A stretch of DNA of 64,000 bases from an uncultured Dehalococcoidia bacterium (GTDB taxonomy: Bacteria; Chloroflexota; Dehalococcoidia; UBA6926), in assembly GCA_964653005.1 (NCBI GenBank), contig CAZZAN010000003.1, positions 206,592 through 270,591 of the forward strand. The letters are read 5' to 3'. Both the position numbers and the translations under genes were made by a program. How positions within the stretch are numbered: the stretch's first letter is position 1; every line of letters starts with the position of its first letter. Below, one piece after another: positions 36,651 through 47,123 of this stretch. The notes beneath the pieces were generated by a model. The model was not told where the DNA came from, did not search any database, and saw only the letters and a list, made by a program, of their open reading frames with translations.

Positions 36651-39113
36651 ATGCGCCTCTTCGCCCTTGCCGTTGGAGCGCTGTGCGGTCTCGCGCTATC
36701 GCTTGTGATTCAACTACCGTTCCCAATCATCTTTGCGCTCATAGCGGTGGGGATGGCGGCCTCCTTGCTCTCACGTCGAGGCGGGCTTTTGTTGGCTTGT
36801 CTATTCACTGTGGGAGTTCTGGCGGGAATGGCGCGTGGAGCCTTGCCGGATACGAACCCGACGGCAATTCCTGTGGGGAACCTTGCCGAACGAGAGGTCT
36901 CTCTGGAAGGAATCGTGCGGGATGCTCCATCGCGTCGTGGGCAGCTGACGCGTGTTCGAGTGACGCTTGAAAACGCGCAGGTGCTTGACCAGACCAAGGT
37001 GGAGGCATTTGGCGTAGAGGGTGATGCACTGGTATGGGTTTATCCTCCGAGGTACGAGCTCAGCGCCGGTGACCATGTGACGTTGACGGGGATTCCGAGC
37101 CTGCCGATACCGGATGACGATGCCGAGAGCGTTACATCGGGAAATCAGCAGGCGGTCGCGTCCTGGCCGGACGATCTTGTCATCCTGATGCGGCCCGATC
37201 TTCGGTTGATCGAGCGCGCGCCTCCGCCAATGGTCGTGCTGAACTCCATACGCAGCCGCCTCAGCGCGTCATTGGAGCGGAACCTGCCCTCGCCCCAGGC
37301 GGAACTGGCGCGGGCGCTGCTTTTGGGGCAGCGGGATGATCTGCCGTCAGAGCTAAGCGAGGAGTGGCGGCGGGCGGGGACGGCACACTTGCTGGCGATT
37401 TCCGGTCTGCACGTGAGCGTCGTGTTGGGCGTGGCGCTCGTTACAGGCGTGATGATCCTAGGACGGCGGCGTGGGCTGTACGTGCTGCTGCCGCTTGGAA
37501 TCGTCTGGGCATACGCGATCCTTTCAGGGCTGAATCCGCCTGTGGTTCGAGCAGCGATTATGGGAAGCGTTTACCTGGGAGCGATTGCCTCCGGACGGCA
37601 GCCGAGCGGGGGGTTGGCGCTGGTTCTCGCAGCAACGGTCATCGCCCTCTGGGATCCACGGGTAATGGCGACGGCGTCGTTCCAGATGACTGTGGCGGCG
37701 ATGGCAGGAATCGTCTTTCTCACAGACCCGCTGCGGCGACTTATGGGCGGAAACACCGCCGCCACGGACGCAAATCCGGCCGGCAGTTGGCGGCAGGTTG
37801 GCGCGACAGGAGTCGCGGCGTCGTTGGGCGCGGTAATCGGAATCAAACCGCTGTTGCTGCACTATTTCGGCGCGGCTTCGCTGTTCACGATACCGGCGAG
37901 TTTGTTGGGAACAACGGCCCTGCCTGCCGTCCTGCTTGCGTCCGCGGCAACAGGCGTGGTGGGGGTGTTTACGGACGGGGCGCTTGCATCCGCAACGGCG
38001 TGGCTAGCATGGCCGTTCCTGACGTTCCTGCTTGGGCTGTCGTCGGTGTTTTCGTCGCCCACCTTCGCCGCGATCACGATAGCGCCGCTGAGCGTGCAGG
38101 CAGTCATCCTGATCTACATTGGCATCGCCGGTTTGTTCCTCATACCACTCTTGCGGAGTCCCTCCGGGCTGCTGGGGCCGGTGGTATCTCTGCCGAGCAT
38201 GTCCATGCCAAGCGGGCGGCGAATGCTGACCTCGTGGCCGGTGGTGGTCGGACTGGTCATCATGACTGCGACCGCGGGGATTGGGGCGGCGGCTCCCTAC
38301 ATCTCGCATGAAGAGCAGTTGACGGTTCACGTCCTGGACGTGGGACAGGGCGACTCCATTCTGATTGAGTCGCCGACAGGTCGGCGGGTCCTCATCGACG
38401 GAGGGCCGAATGGGACACTGCTGCAACAGCGGCTTGCAGAGCAACTGCCGTGGTGGTCGCGGCGCATCGACGTCGTTATTTTGACGCATCCCAGCGCGGA
38501 TCACCTGATCGGTCTGACAGAAAGTCTACGGCGCTATGACGTGGGATTTGTGATGGACCCGCAGCTGGAATCAAGCACTATTTATGGCCGGCAGTGGGCG
38601 GCGGCGCTGAGGGAACGCGCGGATTTGACCGTGGTACGGGCGGAACGTGGAACGGCTTTGGACCTGGGAGGAGGGGCGCGGCTGGAGCTATTGCATCCGC
38701 CGCCTGATAGACCATTCGACACGGCCACGGAACACGATGACAATTCCGTGGTTGCGAAACTGTCCTACGAGGACGTTTCATTCCTGTTCACGGCTGACAT
38801 CTACAGTCCCGGCGAGAAGTTTCTGCTGGATTCCGGCGTCGATCTGGATGCGACGGTTCTGAAGGTCGCACACCAGGGGAGCCGCTATTCTTCGAGCGAG
38901 GAGTTTTTGCAGGCCGTGTCGCCGCGCGTTGCGGTCATCAGCGCAGGCGAGGACAACAGGTTTGGGCATCCGCATCCCGAGACGCTTGAGCGGTTGGAGT
39001 CGCTGCCGTCCGCGCCGACGGTTCTGCGGACGGACAAGCATGGGACGGTGACACTGAGGACGGACGGGCGGGCGCTGGTGTGGGATGTTCGCCCTTCGAC
39101 AGGCTCAGGGTGA
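36651..39113 (+). CDS. comEC: ComEC/Rec2 DNA internalisation channel with C-terminal metallo-beta-lactamase domain
   Basis: 820 aa. Competence domain (HLLAISGLHVSVV) and MBL motif HVLDVGQGDSILIE...HPSADH. Immediately downstream of comEA. Confidence 0.85.
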   Translation: MRLFALAVGALCGLALSLVIQLPFPIIFALIAVGMAASLLSRRGGLLLACLFTVGVLAGMARGALPDTNPTAIPVGNLAEREVSLEGIVRDAPSRRGQLTRVRVTLENAQVLDQTKVEAFGVEGDALVWVYPPRYELSAGDHVTLTGIPSLPIPDDDAESVTSGNQQAVASWPDDLVILMRPDLRLIERAPPPMVVLNSIRSRLSASLERNLPSPQAELARALLLGQRDDLPSELSEEWRRAGTAHLLAISGLHVSVVLGVALVTGVMILGRRRGLYVLLPLGIVWAYAILSGLNPPVVRAAIMGSVYLGAIASGRQPSGGLALVLAATVIALWDPRVMATASFQMTVAAMAGIVFLTDPLRRLMGGNTAATDANPAGSWRQVGATGVAASLGAVIGIKPLLLHYFGAASLFTIPASLLGTTALPAVLLASAATGVVGVFTDGALASATAWLAWPFLTFLLGLSSVFSSPTFAAITIAPLSVQAVILIYIGIAGLFLIPLLRSPSGLLGPVVSLPSMSMPSGRRMLTSWPVVVGLVIMTATAGIGAAAPYISHEEQLTVHVLDVGQGDSILIESPTGRRVLIDGGPNGTLLQQRLAEQLPWWSRRIDVVILTHPSADHLIGLTESLRRYDVGFVMDPQLESSTIYGRQWAAALRERADLTVVRAERGTALDLGGGARLELLHPPPDRPFDTATEHDDNSVVAKLSYEDVSFLFTADIYSPGEKFLLDSGVDLDATVLKVAHQGSRYSSSEEFLQAVSPRVAVISAGEDNRFGHPHPETLERLESLPSAPTVLRTDKHGTVTLRTDGRALVWDVRPSTGSG

Positions 39114-39295
39114 ACGGGGGGGCGACAGGGTTAGGGTGAACGGAGGGATGACGGGGTTAGGCGTTACGGGGTTTGGTTGGGGTAATGGAGGCTTTAGATT
39201 CCTCGACTGCGCTCGGAATGACACGGGGGTGCGGGAATGACGGGGGGAGGAGCGGGAATGACGGAGGGGCGGCGGGGATGCCCCGTTGCTATACT
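39095..39295. repeat. cluster of modular hairpin repeats (C, D, tandem GGGAATGACGG units)
   Basis: CCCTTCGACAGGCTCAGGGTGAACGG...AGATTCCTCGACTGCGCTCGGAATGACA...GCGGGAATGACGG (x2). Confidence 0.85.
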
Positions 39296-39323
39296 GAAAC
39301 GAGGGGTAGATTAAGGAGCTTTC

Positions 39324-40568
39324 ATGTCGCTGTTGTCACAGTCTGATCCCGAGGTATTTGCCGCCATCGAGGGCGAGGAGGCGCGCCAGAGGGACTCCAT
39401 TATCCTCATCGCTTCCGAGAACTACACGAGCCGGGCGGTGATGGAGGCGCAGGGTTCCGCGCTGACGGAGAAATACGCGGAGGGGTATCCCGGACGTCGG
39501 TATTACGCGGGATGCGAATTCGCGGACGTTGTGGAGGAACTTGCCCGGGACCGCCTTACGAAGCTGTTCGGGATGGAGCATGCGAACGTGCAGCCACACA
39601 GCGGCGTGCAGGCGAACATGGCTGTGTATTTTTCCTTTGTGAAGCCGGGTGACACCATTCTCGGCATGAGGCTTGACCAGGGAGGGCATCTCTCCCATGG
39701 GAGTCCCGTCAGTTTCTCCGGCCAGTACTACCGCTTCGTCTCGTACGGCGTAGACCGCGAGACGGAGATGATCGATTACGACGAGGTGGAGTCGCTGGCG
39801 CGTGAACATCGCCCCAAGATCATCGTTGCAGGCGCAAGTTCCTATCCGCGGACGATTGACTTTGAGAATCTGCGGCGCGTGGCGGACTCGGTTGACGCGC
39901 TGTTGATGGTGGACATGGCGCACTACGCGGGGCTGATTGCGGGAGGCGTCTATCCCGATCCGGCCCCCTACGCGGACATCATGACGTCAACGACGCAAAA
40001 GACGCTGAGGGGGCCGCGCGGCGCGTTCATCCTGTGCAAGCAGGAGTACGCGTCGGCCATCGATCGATCCGTCTTTCCCGGGGCGCAGGGCGGTCCGATG
40101 ATGCACACGATTGCGGCAAAAGCCGTGTGCTTCGGGGAGGCGCTCAAGCCGTCATTCCGCGAGTACCAGGACCAGGTGCTGCGGAACGCGCGGGCAATGG
40201 CGGCGGAGATGGCGGAGGAAGGGCTGCGAATCGTCTCCGGCGGAACCGACTGCCACCTCTTCCTCGTGGACGTGACGACACTTGATACGACCGGCAAGGC
40301 GGCGGCAGACCTGCTGGAATCGGTGGGCATCATCACGAATCCGAATGCGATTCCGTTCGATCAGCTTCCACCGCGGGTGGGGAGCGGCATCAGGATCGGG
40401 ACACCGGCGATCACGAGTCGAAACTTCAATGAGGATGACGCTCGTAGTGTTGCCCGGCTGATCACACGGGTTCTCAGGAACGCAGAAGATGAGTCCGTTC
40501 TTGAGGAAGTGCGGGCAGAGGTCAAGGAACTGACCGGGGCGCATCCGATTCCACAGCTTTTTGACTGA
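39324..40568 (+). CDS. glyA: serine hydroxymethyltransferase
   Basis: 414 aa. LIASENYTS, the PLP lysine region [13 protein letters not shown], full colinearity. Confidence 0.95.
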   Translation: MSLLSQSDPEVFAAIEGEEARQRDSIILIASENYTSRAVMEAQGSALTEKYAEGYPGRRYYAGCEFADVVEELARDRLTKLFGMEHANVQPHSGVQANMAVYFSFVKPGDTILGMRLDQGGHLSHGSPVSFSGQYYRFVSYGVDRETEMIDYDEVESLAREHRPKIIVAGASSYPRTIDFENLRRVADSVDALLMVDMAHYAGLIAGGVYPDPAPYADIMTSTTQKTLRGPRGAFILCKQEYASAIDRSVFPGAQGGPMMHTIAAKAVCFGEALKPSFREYQDQVLRNARAMAAEMAEEGLRIVSGGTDCHLFLVDVTTLDTTGKAAADLLESVGIITNPNAIPFDQLPPRVGSGIRIGTPAITSRNFNEDDARSVARLITRVLRNAEDESVLEEVRAEVKELTGAHPIPQLFD

Positions 40569-40656
40569 ATAGCACGGACTCCGCCGCAGATTGAGAGGTT
40601 GGCCAGGACGGGGTCTCTTGTATACTTCACTAGCGAAAAACGGCAAGGGAGGGTGA

Positions 40657-40938
40657 GTGACTCGATACGAATTGATGGTAATCCTGGATCCTGAGATCCA
40701 GGAGGAGGAATTGAACGGGGCGGTGGACCGAATCAAGCAGGTCATTGCCGATCGAGGCGGGTCTGACGAGGCGACTGAGGTTCAGGGGCGTCGTCGGCTT
40801 GCGTATCCGATCAAGGCGAAGACCGACGGAACAATGGTTGTCTCACGCTTCGACATGCCGGGTGACGCCGTTGCCGCACTGACCACTACGCTCCGTGCCA
40901 ATGAGAATCACCTGCGAACGTTTGTGACGCGCGTATAG
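40657..40938 (+). CDS. rpsF: 30S ribosomal protein S6
   Basis: 93 aa, YELMVILDP... S6 signature. GTG start. Confidence 0.9.
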   Translation: MTRYELMVILDPEIQEEELNGAVDRIKQVIADRGGSDEATEVQGRRRLAYPIKAKTDGTMVVSRFDMPGDAVAALTTTLRANENHLRTFVTRV

Positions 40939-40965
40939 GCGCGGGTTGGGGGATGGTGGTTCCTT

Positions 40966-41379
40966 ATGACTCTGAATAGAATGACGGCCATCGGCAATCT
41001 CGGGAGCGATCCGGAGATGAGGTACACGCCGAACGGGAATCCGGTGACAACGTTCAACATCGCCGTCAACCGGATATACAACACACAGGACGGTGAGCGG
41101 CACGAGGAGACGGAGTGGTTCCGCATCGTTGCGTGGAATCAACTGGCCGAGCGCTGCAACCAATATCTCAGCAAGGGTCAGAAGGTTTACGTGGACGGCC
41201 GCCTGCGTACGGATCGCTGGGAAGGACGTGACGGTACGCCGCGAACGACTATCGAAATCGTGGCGCAGAACGTTGTGTTTATGAGCAGGCCGGGAGAGGG
41301 CGGCGGCGCGCCGCGTGAAGAGGACTATCCCGGGGAGGCATTCGGAGGCGGCGGAGCGGAGGATGATCTTCCGTTCTAG
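40966..41379 (+). CDS. ssb: single-stranded DNA-binding protein
   Basis: 137 aa. OB-fold (TEWFRIVAWNQLAE), Gly-rich linker and acidic tail ending DDLPF. Confidence 0.9.
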   Translation: MTLNRMTAIGNLGSDPEMRYTPNGNPVTTFNIAVNRIYNTQDGERHEETEWFRIVAWNQLAERCNQYLSKGQKVYVDGRLRTDRWEGRDGTPRTTIEIVAQNVVFMSRPGEGGGAPREEDYPGEAFGGGGAEDDLPF

Positions 41380-41457
41380 GGTCGCCGCGAGATTGCATAT
41401 GCCCCTACCCTCTCAAAGCCGTGTAGACTTAATCGGAACCAGTCCTGGAGGAAATGA

Positions 41458-41841
41458 ATGACGACAGATACTCCCGCGCCTTCTGAGGCACCATCCGCGC
41501 CTGCCGGAGCGCCGCCGCCGAGACCGGCTTCAGACAGGCCGCAGGGCGGACGCGGACCCGGAGACAGGCCATCAGGCGGGCGTCGCGAGGGCGGCCGGCG
41601 CTTCTATCCGCGCCGGCGTGTGTGCTTGTTCTGCGCCGACAAGGAAGCCGTGATGGACTACAAGCAGCCGGAGACGCTGCGACGGTTTATCTCTGAACGG
41701 GCACGGATTGAGCCGCGACGCAAGACGAGCACATGCTCCCGACATCAGCGAGCGCTGGCGCGGGAAATCAAGCGTGCGCGGCAAGCGGGACTGATACCAT
41801 TCACGACCGATACTCTCCACGATCTGCAGCCGGCGCGCTGA
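41458..41841 (+). CDS. rpsR: 30S ribosomal protein S18 with N-terminal Pro/Gly/Arg-rich extension
   Basis: C-terminal 75 aa match S18 (FCADKEAVMDYKQPETLRRFISERARIEPRRKT...RALAREIKRARQAGLIPF). About 50 aa low-complexity N-terminus. Confidence 0.85.
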   Translation: MTTDTPAPSEAPSAPAGAPPPRPASDRPQGGRGPGDRPSGGRREGGRRFYPRRRVCLFCADKEAVMDYKQPETLRRFISERARIEPRRKTSTCSRHQRALAREIKRARQAGLIPFTTDTLHDLQPAR

Positions 41842-41901
41842 ACGCCTTACCGCAGTTGGATTATCCCGCGGGGGTAACGGGAGCCGCATAAGGTCCTGAC
41901 A

Positions 41902-43002
41902 ATGACCGAACAGGATCAGAACAACAACGAGGACATCGCGCCGTCGAGTGTCATTGGAGGACACCGTCGCGCGACGGAACGCCGCCGTCGACACCGATTC
42001 ACGCGGATCCTGTCATTGGCCGGCATCCTCCTGCTGATTACGGCGCTTGTGATTCCCGCCACGGGATATTTCGTTGTCTTCGTTCAGCCACATCGCGAGA
42101 CTGCGCTTGTCATCAATGACACACGCTATACGTGGGGCGACTACCTGGCACGGTTGAAGATGATTGTCGCGGAGGCGCAAGCGATAGGCACATGGGCGCC
42201 GGAGTCCCTTAACAACCTGATATTTGACATGGTGAATGACCTGGAGCGCCGTGAAATCGTCAAGCAATACGCGCCGCTTGAGAACGTGGCGGTAAGCGAG
42301 CAAGAGATTGACTTCGCGATGAAGGCACGGATTGTTGGCATTTCCAACGTGGATAGTCCGGACATACCGGAATCCGAGTACCGGGAACGTCTACGGCTGC
42401 GTCTTGAAATCCTGCAGATTTCCGAGGAGTTCTTCCGGGAGATCGCCCGAGAGCAGGCTCTGCAGGACAAACTGGAGGCCGTACTACAGGAGAACATCCC
42501 CGCCAAACTTGAGCAACGGCATCTGTATGAGATTCGCTTCAACAGCTCCGATACGGATCTGATTGACGCGCGAGCGGCGCTTGACCGGTATGACGCCGGC
42601 GAGTCTTTCCAGGACCTGGCCCGCGAGCTATCAGACGACCGCACCACGGCCGAGCAGGGTGGCGATCTCGGTTGGGTGCCCCGCGGAATCAAGGAAGAAT
42701 ACACCGACATCATGGGGCAATTGGGTGACGGAGAAGTGTCCGGCCCTGTGATCACATCGACGGGCGTTTCGATTTTCCTTGCCGAGGGAGTGTTGGAGCT
42801 ACGCGACGTTCGCGAAGATCACATCCAACCATTACAGGATCAGGCTCTTCGGTCCTGGATTGCGGGCCACCGCGCAGACCTTGTGGCGGTTGGCGCTCTC
42901 AGCCGTCCGGGGGGCGGGATGAGTTCAGAAAGATACAATTGGGTCCTCACCCAGCTGAGGCAGGATCGCGAGCTGTTCCCAACGAGGAGCGCGAGTGAGT
43001 AA
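41902..43002 (+). CDS. membrane-anchored parvulin-type peptidyl-prolyl isomerase (SurA/PrsA-like)
   Basis: 366 aa. N-terminal TM helix. PpiC domain AEQGGDLGWVPRG...GEVSGPVITSTGVSIF. Confidence 0.7.
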   Translation: MTEQDQNNNEDIAPSSVIGGHRRATERRRRHRFTRILSLAGILLLITALVIPATGYFVVFVQPHRETALVINDTRYTWGDYLARLKMIVAEAQAIGTWAPESLNNLIFDMVNDLERREIVKQYAPLENVAVSEQEIDFAMKARIVGISNVDSPDIPESEYRERLRLRLEILQISEEFFREIAREQALQDKLEAVLQENIPAKLEQRHLYEIRFNSSDTDLIDARAALDRYDAGESFQDLARELSDDRTTAEQGGDLGWVPRGIKEEYTDIMGQLGDGEVSGPVITSTGVSIFLAEGVLELRDVREDHIQPLQDQALRSWIAGHRADLVAVGALSRPGGGMSSERYNWVLTQLRQDRELFPTRSASE

Positions 43003-44317
43003 GGGGGCGGCCGGCCCCACTGAACGGGGATATATCGGCGTCGGGCTGCTCGGCATGGGCGTCGTAGGAACGGGCGTCGCGGAGGCCCTGGCAACCGAGG
43101 CGTCTTTTCTTGAAGAGTCGGTCGGACTCCCCCTTAAGCTGCAAGGCGTCCTGGTGCGCGACGCGGGACGCAGCCGGTCTTCCCTGGTGGATGCGACTCT
43201 CATCACGACTGCGGCGAAAGACGTCCTTGAGAATCCTGACGTCGATATTGTCATCGAGTTGATGGGCGGTGAAGATGCCGCCCTGCCCGCCATCAGGGGC
43301 GCGCTTGCATCAGGCCGCTCCGTTGTAACAGGAAACAAGGAGGTCATGGCCAAGCATGGCGCGGGCCTCCTGGCGATGGCGCGAGCAAAGGGGGCCAGCC
43401 TCAAGTTCGAGGCAGCCGTCGGGGGCGCAATTCCGGTCATCTCCGCGTTGGAACGAGGGGTGACGGGGGCACGTGTTCGGGCACTGCGCGCAATCATCAA
43501 CGGAACGACGAATTACATCCTGACGCGAATGGCTATGGAGGGCATGGCCTTTGAGGATGCCCTTGCAGACGCGCAAGCACAGGGGTACGCGGAGGCCGAC
43601 CCCGGCGATGACATCAATGGCACCGACGCCGCCTACAAGCTGGCAGTGCTCGCCACGCTGGCTTATGGATCGCCGGTATTGCCGAAGTCTATCTATTGCG
43701 AGGGAATCGGCCACCTGGCTCCCCAGGATTTCCGGTACGCGCATGATCTCGGATACGCCATCAAGCTGCTCGCAATCGCAAAGGAGATTGATGACGGCGA
43801 ACTTGACGTGCGGGTGCATCCAGCATTCATCGCGTCGGATGCGCAACTGGCAAAGGTTGACGGGGTCTACAACGCGGTCCAGTTCGATAGTGATTCGGCG
43901 GGAGAGCTGCTCCTGTATGGACGTGGGGCAGGATCCAGGCCGACGACAAGCGCCGTTCTCAGCGACCTCATCGAGGTGGCGCGAGGACTCACTGGCCGTG
44001 GCGGACCGCAGTCACGACAGACTCCGGGCACGGGCAGCCGGGTGCGGCCGATTGACGAACTGGATTTCCGTTACTATCTGCGGATGACCGTGGCAGACCA
44101 GCCGGGTGTTCTCGCGGCAATCGCGCGTATTTTGGGGGACGCATCAATCAGCATTGCCTCCGTGATTCAGCAGGAGGTCGATGAAACGGCCGGTTCCGCC
44201 GAGATTGTGATTACAACACACCGCGCGCGGGAATCCGCATTACGCAACGCCACAGGCGCGCTGACGGCACTCGACGTGGTGCGGGAAATCGGCAGCATCA
44301 TTCGCGTCGAAGAATGA
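42995..44317 (+). CDS. hom: homoserine dehydrogenase with C-terminal ACT domain
   Basis: 440 aa. NAD-binding GLLGMGVVG. Catalytic domain NGTTNYIL...AEADP..D..G.DAAYKLAVLA. ACT-like C-terminus. Confidence 0.9.
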   Translation: MSKGAAGPTERGYIGVGLLGMGVVGTGVAEALATEASFLEESVGLPLKLQGVLVRDAGRSRSSLVDATLITTAAKDVLENPDVDIVIELMGGEDAALPAIRGALASGRSVVTGNKEVMAKHGAGLLAMARAKGASLKFEAAVGGAIPVISALERGVTGARVRALRAIINGTTNYILTRMAMEGMAFEDALADAQAQGYAEADPGDDINGTDAAYKLAVLATLAYGSPVLPKSIYCEGIGHLAPQDFRYAHDLGYAIKLLAIAKEIDDGELDVRVHPAFIASDAQLAKVDGVYNAVQFDSDSAGELLLYGRGAGSRPTTSAVLSDLIEVARGLTGRGGPQSRQTPGTGSRVRPIDELDFRYYLRMTVADQPGVLAAIARILGDASISIASVIQQEVDETAGSAEIVITTHRARESALRNATGALTALDVVREIGSIIRVEE

Positions 44318-44436
44318 CCGGCCTGGGCAGGTGTTCTTGACTGAAATTACGGTTACATTGTCAGTAGGGGGACTGACATGGATGATGGCATGAGCCGGCG
44401 CGCCTCACGCCCGGCCGCGCGAAAGACGCGGAGGGT

Positions 44437-45492
44437 GTGACGATGGGCGTGCTTGCGCGATACGGCCACCTGATTGACGCTGTCACAGAATCAACCCCGC
44501 ATATCACGCTGGGAGAGGGCAGCACACCCCTGATTCGGTCGCGCCATCTTGAGTCGCAATTGGGCGTCGGCGAACTGTATTTCAAGCTGGAAGGAATGAA
44601 CCCGACAGGGTCATTCAAAGACCGCGGAATGGTTGTGGCAGTGGCGAAGGCGCTGGAGGATGGCTGCACCGGCGTCATCTGCGCATCAACGGGCAATACG
44701 AGCGCTTCCGCATCAGCGTATGGATCCGCCTGCGGGCTGGAGAGCATCGTAGTGGTGCCCAAGGGGAATATCGCGGCCGGAAAGCTGGCGCAAGCATCAA
44801 TGTATGGAGCGCGGGTTGTCGCCATCTCCGGCCTGTTCGACGATGCGCTGGACATCGTGCGGTCGTTTGCCGGGCCGGGGCCGATCAAGCTGGTGAACTC
44901 AATCAATCCGGACCGCATTGCGGGTCAAAAGACGGCGTCGTTCGAGATCATCGATGAGCTTGGGGACGCGCCGGACGACCTGTTCATTCCCGTGGGCAAC
45001 GCGGGGAATATCACGGCCTACTGGAAGGGGTTCGTGGAATACCACGACATGGGCAATTCGACTCACCTGCCGCGGATGATGGGGTTCCAGGCAGCCGGCG
45101 CAGCCCCACTTGTACTCGGTCATCCTGTGGAGGACCCGCACACGGTGGCATCCGCCATCCGCATCGGCCGCCCGGCGAGTTGGAAAGAGGCGGTGACGGC
45201 GCGGGACGATTCCGGCGGGCTGATCGACAGCGTGACGGATGAGCAGATCATGGATGCGTATTCACTGCTGGCCGGGCAGGAGGGAATCTTTGGCGAGCCG
45301 GCGTCTGCGGCTTCAGTTGCTGGGCTGGCGAAGTATGCGGCAGCACACCCGGAGATGCAGGATCGGCGGGTGGTCTGCATCATCACCGGGAACGGTCTGA
45401 AGGACCCGGATAATGCGACGTTACAAGGGCTGAACGTTGAGGAGGCGCCCGCTGATCTCGCTGCGGTGCAGCGATTGCTTGGCATGAACTGA
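44437..45492 (+). CDS. thrC: threonine synthase
   Basis: 351 aa. PLP lysine motif NPTGSFKDRGM, and ASTGNTSAS. Confidence 0.9.
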   Translation: MTMGVLARYGHLIDAVTESTPHITLGEGSTPLIRSRHLESQLGVGELYFKLEGMNPTGSFKDRGMVVAVAKALEDGCTGVICASTGNTSASASAYGSACGLESIVVVPKGNIAAGKLAQASMYGARVVAISGLFDDALDIVRSFAGPGPIKLVNSINPDRIAGQKTASFEIIDELGDAPDDLFIPVGNAGNITAYWKGFVEYHDMGNSTHLPRMMGFQAAGAAPLVLGHPVEDPHTVASAIRIGRPASWKEAVTARDDSGGLIDSVTDEQIMDAYSLLAGQEGIFGEPASAASVAGLAKYAAAHPEMQDRRVVCIITGNGLKDPDNATLQGLNVEEAPADLAAVQRLLGMN

Positions 45493-45549
45493 CTGCTATC
45501 GCGTGCGCTACACTACTGCAAAGCAAGTGGAAGGTCGATACTTCCCCGG

Positions 45550-46122
45550 ATGATTGATCAAGAGCGCATAGTCCGCGCCGTTGAGGAGATTCTTCGCGCA
45601 ATTGGAGACGATCCAAGGCGTGAGGGAGTCGACAGGACACCCGCGCGCGTGGCGGCGATGTACGCCGAACTCTTCTCCGGCATCGGGCAGGACCCTCGCG
45701 AATTCCTGACGGTGTCCTATGACGAGGGCGCGCGGGACATGGTGACAATCAAAGACATCCCGTTCATGTCCATCTGCGAGCACCACCTACTGCCGTTCTC
45801 CGGCTCGGTTCACGTAGCCTACGTGCCGTCAGGCCGCATCGTGGGGATCAGCAAGCTGGCACGAGCCATCGAGTGTTTGTCACGTCGACCGCAGATGCAG
45901 GAGCGTGTGACGAATCAAGCCGCGGACCTGTTGACGGAGGCACTTGAACCACAGGGGGCTGCAGTTCGCGTGGAGGCGGAGCACCTGTGCATGACGATTC
46001 GCGGCGTTCGGGCAGCAGGGAGCCGGGTAATCACAACGGCATTTCGAGGCGTGTTCAAGGAAGACGCGGCGGCGCGGGCAGAGTTCCTGTCACTGACTTC
46101 GCGACAGGGGGCAGGTTCATGA
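45550..46122 (+). CDS. folE: GTP cyclohydrolase I
   Basis: 190 aa. SICEHHLLPF and QERVTNQ motifs. Confidence 0.9.
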   Translation: MIDQERIVRAVEEILRAIGDDPRREGVDRTPARVAAMYAELFSGIGQDPREFLTVSYDEGARDMVTIKDIPFMSICEHHLLPFSGSVHVAYVPSGRIVGISKLARAIECLSRRPQMQERVTNQAADLLTEALEPQGAAVRVEAEHLCMTIRGVRAAGSRVITTAFRGVFKEDAAARAEFLSLTSRQGAGS

Positions 46123-47123
46123 GCCTCGTCGTGCAATGGGAGTCGCTTGGGGCTGTCACGGGCGAGTGGCCGGAGTTGTTCGCGAAGTCGGCCACACAGT
46201 CGATTTTCCTCTCACTTCCCTGGCAGACGGCGTGGGCGATAAATTGCTGCGGCTCGGTAGACGAGCATCCAGTGTTGACGGTCAGGGAAGATGGCGACGG
46301 TTCACTGCGCGGAATCGCGCCTCTGAACCACAACAAGGATGCAGTCACGTTCGGCCTGGACTACAACGTGACGGACTACCAGGATATTTTGTCGGTACCG
46401 GGCGAGGAAGAAGCGGTCTGGGGCGCGATCCTGGAGCATGGGGCGTCCGAGGATTGGCCATCCATCGAGCTGACAGGCGTGCGGGATGACTCACCGTCCA
46501 CACAGATCTTGGAGTCGCGAGCCTCGGAGCATGGGTGGCGAGCGGATCGCTCCGTGTGGGACGTATCTCCGTATGTTGAACTGCCGGAATCGTGGGATGC
46601 GCACGTGCAGAGTCTCTCCAAGAAGGACCGGCACGAGCTGCGCCGCAAGCTGCGTCGCCTAGAGGCGAGCGGGGAGGCCGAATACCGGGTCTATGACAAA
46701 GACAATGATGAACTGCCGGAAGCGCTCGATGATTTCGTTTCGCTGATGGGCAAGAGCAGCGAGGCGAAGTCGGATTTCCTGACGCCGGAACGTCGGTCAT
46801 TCCTGGAGACACTGACGCGGACGATGGCTGACGCGGAATCACTGCAGCTCGCGTTCCTGGACGTGGGCGGCAAGCCGGTTTCAGCGACGATGAGTTTTTT
46901 GGAGGGGGACCGGCTGCTCCTGTATAACAGCGGCTACGACCCGGAGTATCGCCATCTGTCGGTTGGGCTTCTGCTGAAGGCTTACGGACTGCGCGGGGCG
47001 ATTGAACAAGGGCTGCGTGAGTACGATTTCCTGCGCGGGAACGAGCCGTACAAGTACGATCTTGGCGGCAATGACCGCGTGTTGTACCGCTGGCAGCTGG
47101 CGCGCGAGAGCGAGACTCCGTGA
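46119..47123 (+). CDS. GNAT-fold acyltransferase, FemAB-like / CelD-like (Acetyltransf_6-type)
   Basis: About 334 aa from MSLVVQWES. ATGA overlap with the folE stop. C-terminal LLYNSGYDPEYRHLSVGLLL...YDFLRGNEPYKYDLGG resembles FemAB-like/BioF2-like acyltransferases. Family call is moderate. Confidence 0.55.
   Translation: MSLVVQWESLGAVTGEWPELFAKSATQSIFLSLPWQTAWAINCCGSVDEHPVLTVREDGDGSLRGIAPLNHNKDAVTFGLDYNVTDYQDILSVPGEEEAVWGAILEHGASEDWPSIELTGVRDDSPSTQILESRASEHGWRADRSVWDVSPYVELPESWDAHVQSLSKKDRHELRRKLRRLEASGEAEYRVYDKDNDELPEALDDFVSLMGKSSEAKSDFLTPERRSFLETLTRTMADAESLQLAFLDVGGKPVSATMSFLEGDRLLLYNSGYDPEYRHLSVGLLLKAYGLRGAIEQGLREYDFLRGNEPYKYDLGGNDRVLYRWQLARESETP

Noticed and set aside
45987-47123. Long form of the acyltransferase ORF starting at 45987, inside folE
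   Set aside because: The first 44 codons overlap the folE 3' end out of frame and are Arg/Gly-rich junk. The ATG at 46119 overlaps the folE stop (ATGA) and begins the homologous region. I used 46119.
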